Assembly (NCBI GenBank): GCA_018819015.1
Contig: JAHJQY010000004.1
Coordinates: 1-34,749 of the forward strand
Length of the DNA: 34,749 nt
Reading direction: 5' to 3'
Source of the DNA: Patescibacteria group bacterium
GTDB lineage: Bacteria > Patescibacteriota > Minisyncoccia > JAHISW01 > Tagabacteraceae
This document shows, piece by piece, positions 32,169-34,749 of the stretch. Below the pieces are notes generated by a model. That model did no database searches, was not told the origin of the DNA, and worked only from the letters and a program-made list of their open reading frames with translations. The stretch's first letter is position 1. The number at the start of each line of letters is the position of its first letter. The position numbers and the translations under genes were made by a program.

Positions 32169-33038
32169 ATGGCCAATCGTCATTTATCACGAAGCATAGC
32201 CGTACAGGTTCTTTTTGAACTGGATTTTAATAATTGCCAGGGCAAAAAAGAAAAGATTGGCGATGCCCTGGAGAGAAGCTTGAAGGAATTCGCTCCGGGA
32301 ATTGAAGACAAGAATTTCGCGGAAAATTTGGTCAAAGAAGTTTTAAAAAAAAGAAAAAAAATTGATTCCATCATAGAGAAAACCGCCCCCGAGTGGCCCA
32401 TTGGCCAGATTGCTCTTGTTGACAGAAATGTTTTGAGAGTCGGTTTGTACGAACTTCTTTTCGGAAACAAAAAAGAAGTTCCGCCAAAAGTGGCGATTAA
32501 CGAAGCGATTGAGTTGGCAAAAACTTTCGGCGGAGAAACCTCCGGGAAATTTGTCAACGGGGTTTTGGGCACCGTTTATAAAGAAATTGGCGGAGACGAA
32601 AAAGATTCTCGGGATGAAATTGCCGGATTGGAAAAACTCGGCGGAGCCGTTGTTTACAAAAAAGATCCGCTGGAATTTGCTTTAGTGCATGACGTGTTCG
32701 GTTACTGGACTCTTTCCAAGGGGCATATTGAAGAAAGCGAAGACGAAAAAGCCGGCGCCGCGCGCGAGATAAAAGAGGAGCTGGGGATTGACGTGGAGAT
32801 TGAAGAGGAGCTGGGTAAAAATGAATATATTGCTTCTCATCCGGAGAAGGGTCGTATCAAAAAAAGCGTTGTTTATTTTTTGGCAAAGACTGGCGACAAA
32901 GAGTTAAAATTGGGAGATTCCGGCGGGCTTGATGACGCGAGGTGGTTTAAGCCGGAAGAGCTGGAAGGATTAACCATTTACGACGATTTAAAACCTATAA
33001 TTATCAAGGCAATTAATGCCCTGAAGGACAAGAAATAA
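32169..33038 (+). CDS. nusB: Transcription antitermination factor NusB fused to a NUDIX hydrolase
   Basis: RHLSR, DRNVLR, VAINEAIELAK.FG..SGKFVNGVLG; C-terminal NUDIX box GHIEESEDEKAGAAREIKEELG. Confidence 0.93.
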   Translation: MANRHLSRSIAVQVLFELDFNNCQGKKEKIGDALERSLKEFAPGIEDKNFAENLVKEVLKKRKKIDSIIEKTAPEWPIGQIALVDRNVLRVGLYELLFGNKKEVPPKVAINEAIELAKTFGGETSGKFVNGVLGTVYKEIGGDEKDSRDEIAGLEKLGGAVVYKKDPLEFALVHDVFGYWTLSKGHIEESEDEKAGAAREIKEELGIDVEIEEELGKNEYIASHPEKGRIKKSVVYFLAKTGDKELKLGDSGGLDDARWFKPEELEGLTIYDDLKPIIIKAINALKDKK

Positions 33039-33049
33039 AAACAAAAAAG

Positions 33050-33106
33050 TTATCCACATGTTTTGGACCAGTTTTTATAAAAAATTGGTTTTTTTTATTG
33101 TATAAT
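33050..33106 (+). promoter_or_regulatory. DnaA box plus -10 element
   Basis: TTATCCACA 33050-33058; TATAAT 33101-33106. Confidence 0.5.
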
Positions 33107-33146
33107 TAAATAGATATATAGATATATTTTGAATATTCAAAAAGTA

Positions 33147-34749
33147 ATGAATTCGGAAAAAGATAAAATTTCGCTTAGAACAGCTTCTAGGGTTTACGGT
33201 TATACTCAACAGCACTTGGGGTTGCTTTGTCGTCAAGGAAAACTAAAATCAGTCAGGGTTGGAAAAAAAAGATTTACAACTAAAAAATGGATGGATGAAT
33301 ACTTGAAGGAACTGGAAGATTTTTATAAAAAGCAGGACAGAACAAATAACGACGCAGAAAAATGGCCGTATATTCAGAATATTAATTTCAAAAAATTTGT
33401 TCCGTTGGCTCTAATACCACCCGCGGTTTTTTTGTTCTTGTTTTTTGTTTCCAGGTCTGGATTACCCGTCTATGCTGCTGAACTAAAAAAGGCATTAAAA
33501 CCAGCCATGGAGTCGGCGGCAGAATTTGTTTTGGATACAAGCAAAAACATAACTTCTTTTTCGGCTTCTGTGCCGACATCGCTGGGAGAGAGTGTTAGAG
33601 AAAATTTAAACAGTTTTGGAAATAAAACCAAAGAAAATATTTCTTCTTTTGTTGATGATACAAAAAGAATATTTAAAAATGTGAACGACGGCTACGCCGC
33701 GCTTCCGCAGAAAGTAAAAGAAGCAAAAGAAGCTATCGTTGAGTTTTTTATCGCAGAGCAGCAAACAAAAATCGTGGAAGTTAAAAAAGAAACAATCGTT
33801 TCTTCAGAAGTAGAAACCATCAGGGCTGAACTTTCCGCGCTTAAAAAATCTGGACTTACTGTTCAAACAGCCGTCGTAGAAAGAACAATAGAAAAAATTC
33901 TTTCAGGCTTGCCAGGCCAAAGCTTTGCGGCGGCGGGAATAACTCAAAACGATCTAAACAATCTTAATGCCTCTCTTCTTTCACAGATTGATTCTTTGAA
34001 ACAGGAATTTCAGAAACAAATCCAGGGAAGTTATTCTGCCATGGCGCTTACCCAAAGAGTTAATTACATCTCCGCGCCGACCATAACAACGCCGACCATC
34101 TCCGCGCCGAAGATTTCCGGAAACGCTTCTTTGGAAAATCTTACCACTTCCGGCTGGGCCACTATCGGCACGACTCTTTCAGCCGTCACTGCCATCTCGG
34201 CCGGCACTACCCTGACAGCCGGAGCCACCACCACCTTGGCCAGCGACCTCGTCGTTGACACGAACACTTTTTTTCTCAACGCTTCCTCAAACAAAATCGG
34301 CCTTGGCACCACTTCTCCTCGAGCTTCCCTGCACATCGGAACAACCACTCCTGCTTACGCCGTCAATGACGGAGATCTTTTTGTTTCCAACATCGCTGAA
34401 ATCGGCAGTCAGCTCTACGTCAACGGAGTTCAAATGACCGGCGGTGGCACTCTCAACCTCGGCTTTACCAACGGTTCGGTTGTCTTCTCTGATTCCTTGG
34501 GCAACCTCACTCAAGACAACGCCAGCTTTTTCTACGATGACACCAATAACCGTTTGGGCATCGGGACAACCTCTCCTTACGCCAAGCTGTCCGTCTGGGG
34601 TTCATCAGCCGGCACAGCCAAACTCTTTGAACTGACCAACAGCGCGTCAACAAGCTTAATGTCTGTTTTGGAAAACGGACAATGCGTTACCGGCGATACG
34701 CTTTTGCCGATTGTTCGGCAAGAGAGTCAGGAAACCAAAAAATCCGCCA
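33147..34749 (+). CDS. Large protein, 3'-truncated by the window: N-terminal HTH, TM helix, coiled coil, GIGTTSP beta-rich repeats, intein/Hint N-terminus
   Basis: Manual translation is open from ATG 33147 to the window end (534 codons; absent from the track because there is no stop). ISLRTASRVYGYTQQHLGLLCRQGKL HTH; IGLGTTSP and LGIGTTSP; GQ|CVTGDTLLPIV at 34683. Confidence 0.85.
   Translation, partial: MNSEKDKISLRTASRVYGYTQQHLGLLCRQGKLKSVRVGKKRFTTKKWMDEYLKELEDFYKKQDRTNNDAEKWPYIQNINFKKFVPLALIPPAVFLFLFFVSRSGLPVYAAELKKALKPAMESAAEFVLDTSKNITSFSASVPTSLGESVRENLNSFGNKTKENISSFVDDTKRIFKNVNDGYAALPQKVKEAKEAIVEFFIAEQQTKIVEVKKETIVSSEVETIRAELSALKKSGLTVQTAVVERTIEKILSGLPGQSFAAAGITQNDLNNLNASLLSQIDSLKQEFQKQIQGSYSAMALTQRVNYISAPTITTPTISAPKISGNASLENLTTSGWATIGTTLSAVTAISAGTTLTAGATTTLASDLVVDTNTFFLNASSNKIGLGTTSPRASLHIGTTTPAYAVNDGDLFVSNIAEIGSQLYVNGVQMTGGGTLNLGFTNGSVVFSDSLGNLTQDNASFFYDDTNNRLGIGTTSPYAKLSVWGSSAGTAKLFELTNSASTSLMSVLENGQCVTGDTLLPIVRQESQETKKSA

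Noticed and set aside
1011-33058. Replication origin suggested by DnaA boxes
   Set aside because: Boxes are single and dispersed over 32 kb; no cluster, and no dnaA/dnaN in the window.
33388-34635. Six short ORFs listed in this interval
   Set aside because: All are alternative-frame or antisense shadows of the long open frame starting at 33147.
1-34749. Alternative genetic code (UGA = Gly, code 25) as in some CPR lineages
   Set aside because: Known genes are full length under code 11 and comF ends at TGA after its normal C-terminus.

Overview
Mostly housekeeping window from an AT-rich, gene-dense genome, most likely a CPR/Patescibacteria (Parcubacteria-type) bacterium. That assignment is inferred from the NusB-NUDIX fusion, very short EF-Ts, PaaX/Cas2-like gene, pil/com cluster and scarcity of Shine-Dalgarno motifs. 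Gene order: epimerase, murB, a 43-aa histone-like basic protein missed by the ORF track, secA, tRNA-Ser, a small membrane protein, an AbiE type IV toxin-antitoxin pair, a methyltransferase, three tRNAs (two CAT, one Asp), comF divergent from a type IV pilus cluster (pilM-N-O-x-B, pilin, receiver, pilT, pilC, pilin, pilD), ligA, gatC, gatA, a membrane HEPN-like protein, a repeat-flanked PaaX/Cas2-like gene, two hypotheticals, class I aldolase, D-2-hydroxyacid dehydrogenase, rplY, a coiled-coil lytic transglycosylase, a domain-1-less RF1, rpmE, rpsB, tsf, tRNA-Thr, rpmF, nusB, and the first 534 codons of a large HTH-TM-surface protein with an intein/Hint start. The most unusual signals are: (1) several families of 14-42 bp palindromic mini-elements, many inserted in frame in essential genes; (2) an intact tRNA-Thr bracketed by inverted repeats and sitting inside the anticodon of a broken tRNA-Thr; (3) a wHTH-Cas2-like gene bracketed by two 32-bp palindromic direct repeats with attL/attR-like swapped arms; (4) single DnaA boxes at recurring spacings upstream of six -10 elements. 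No searches or folding programs were run; all calls come from motif recognition and manual base pairing.
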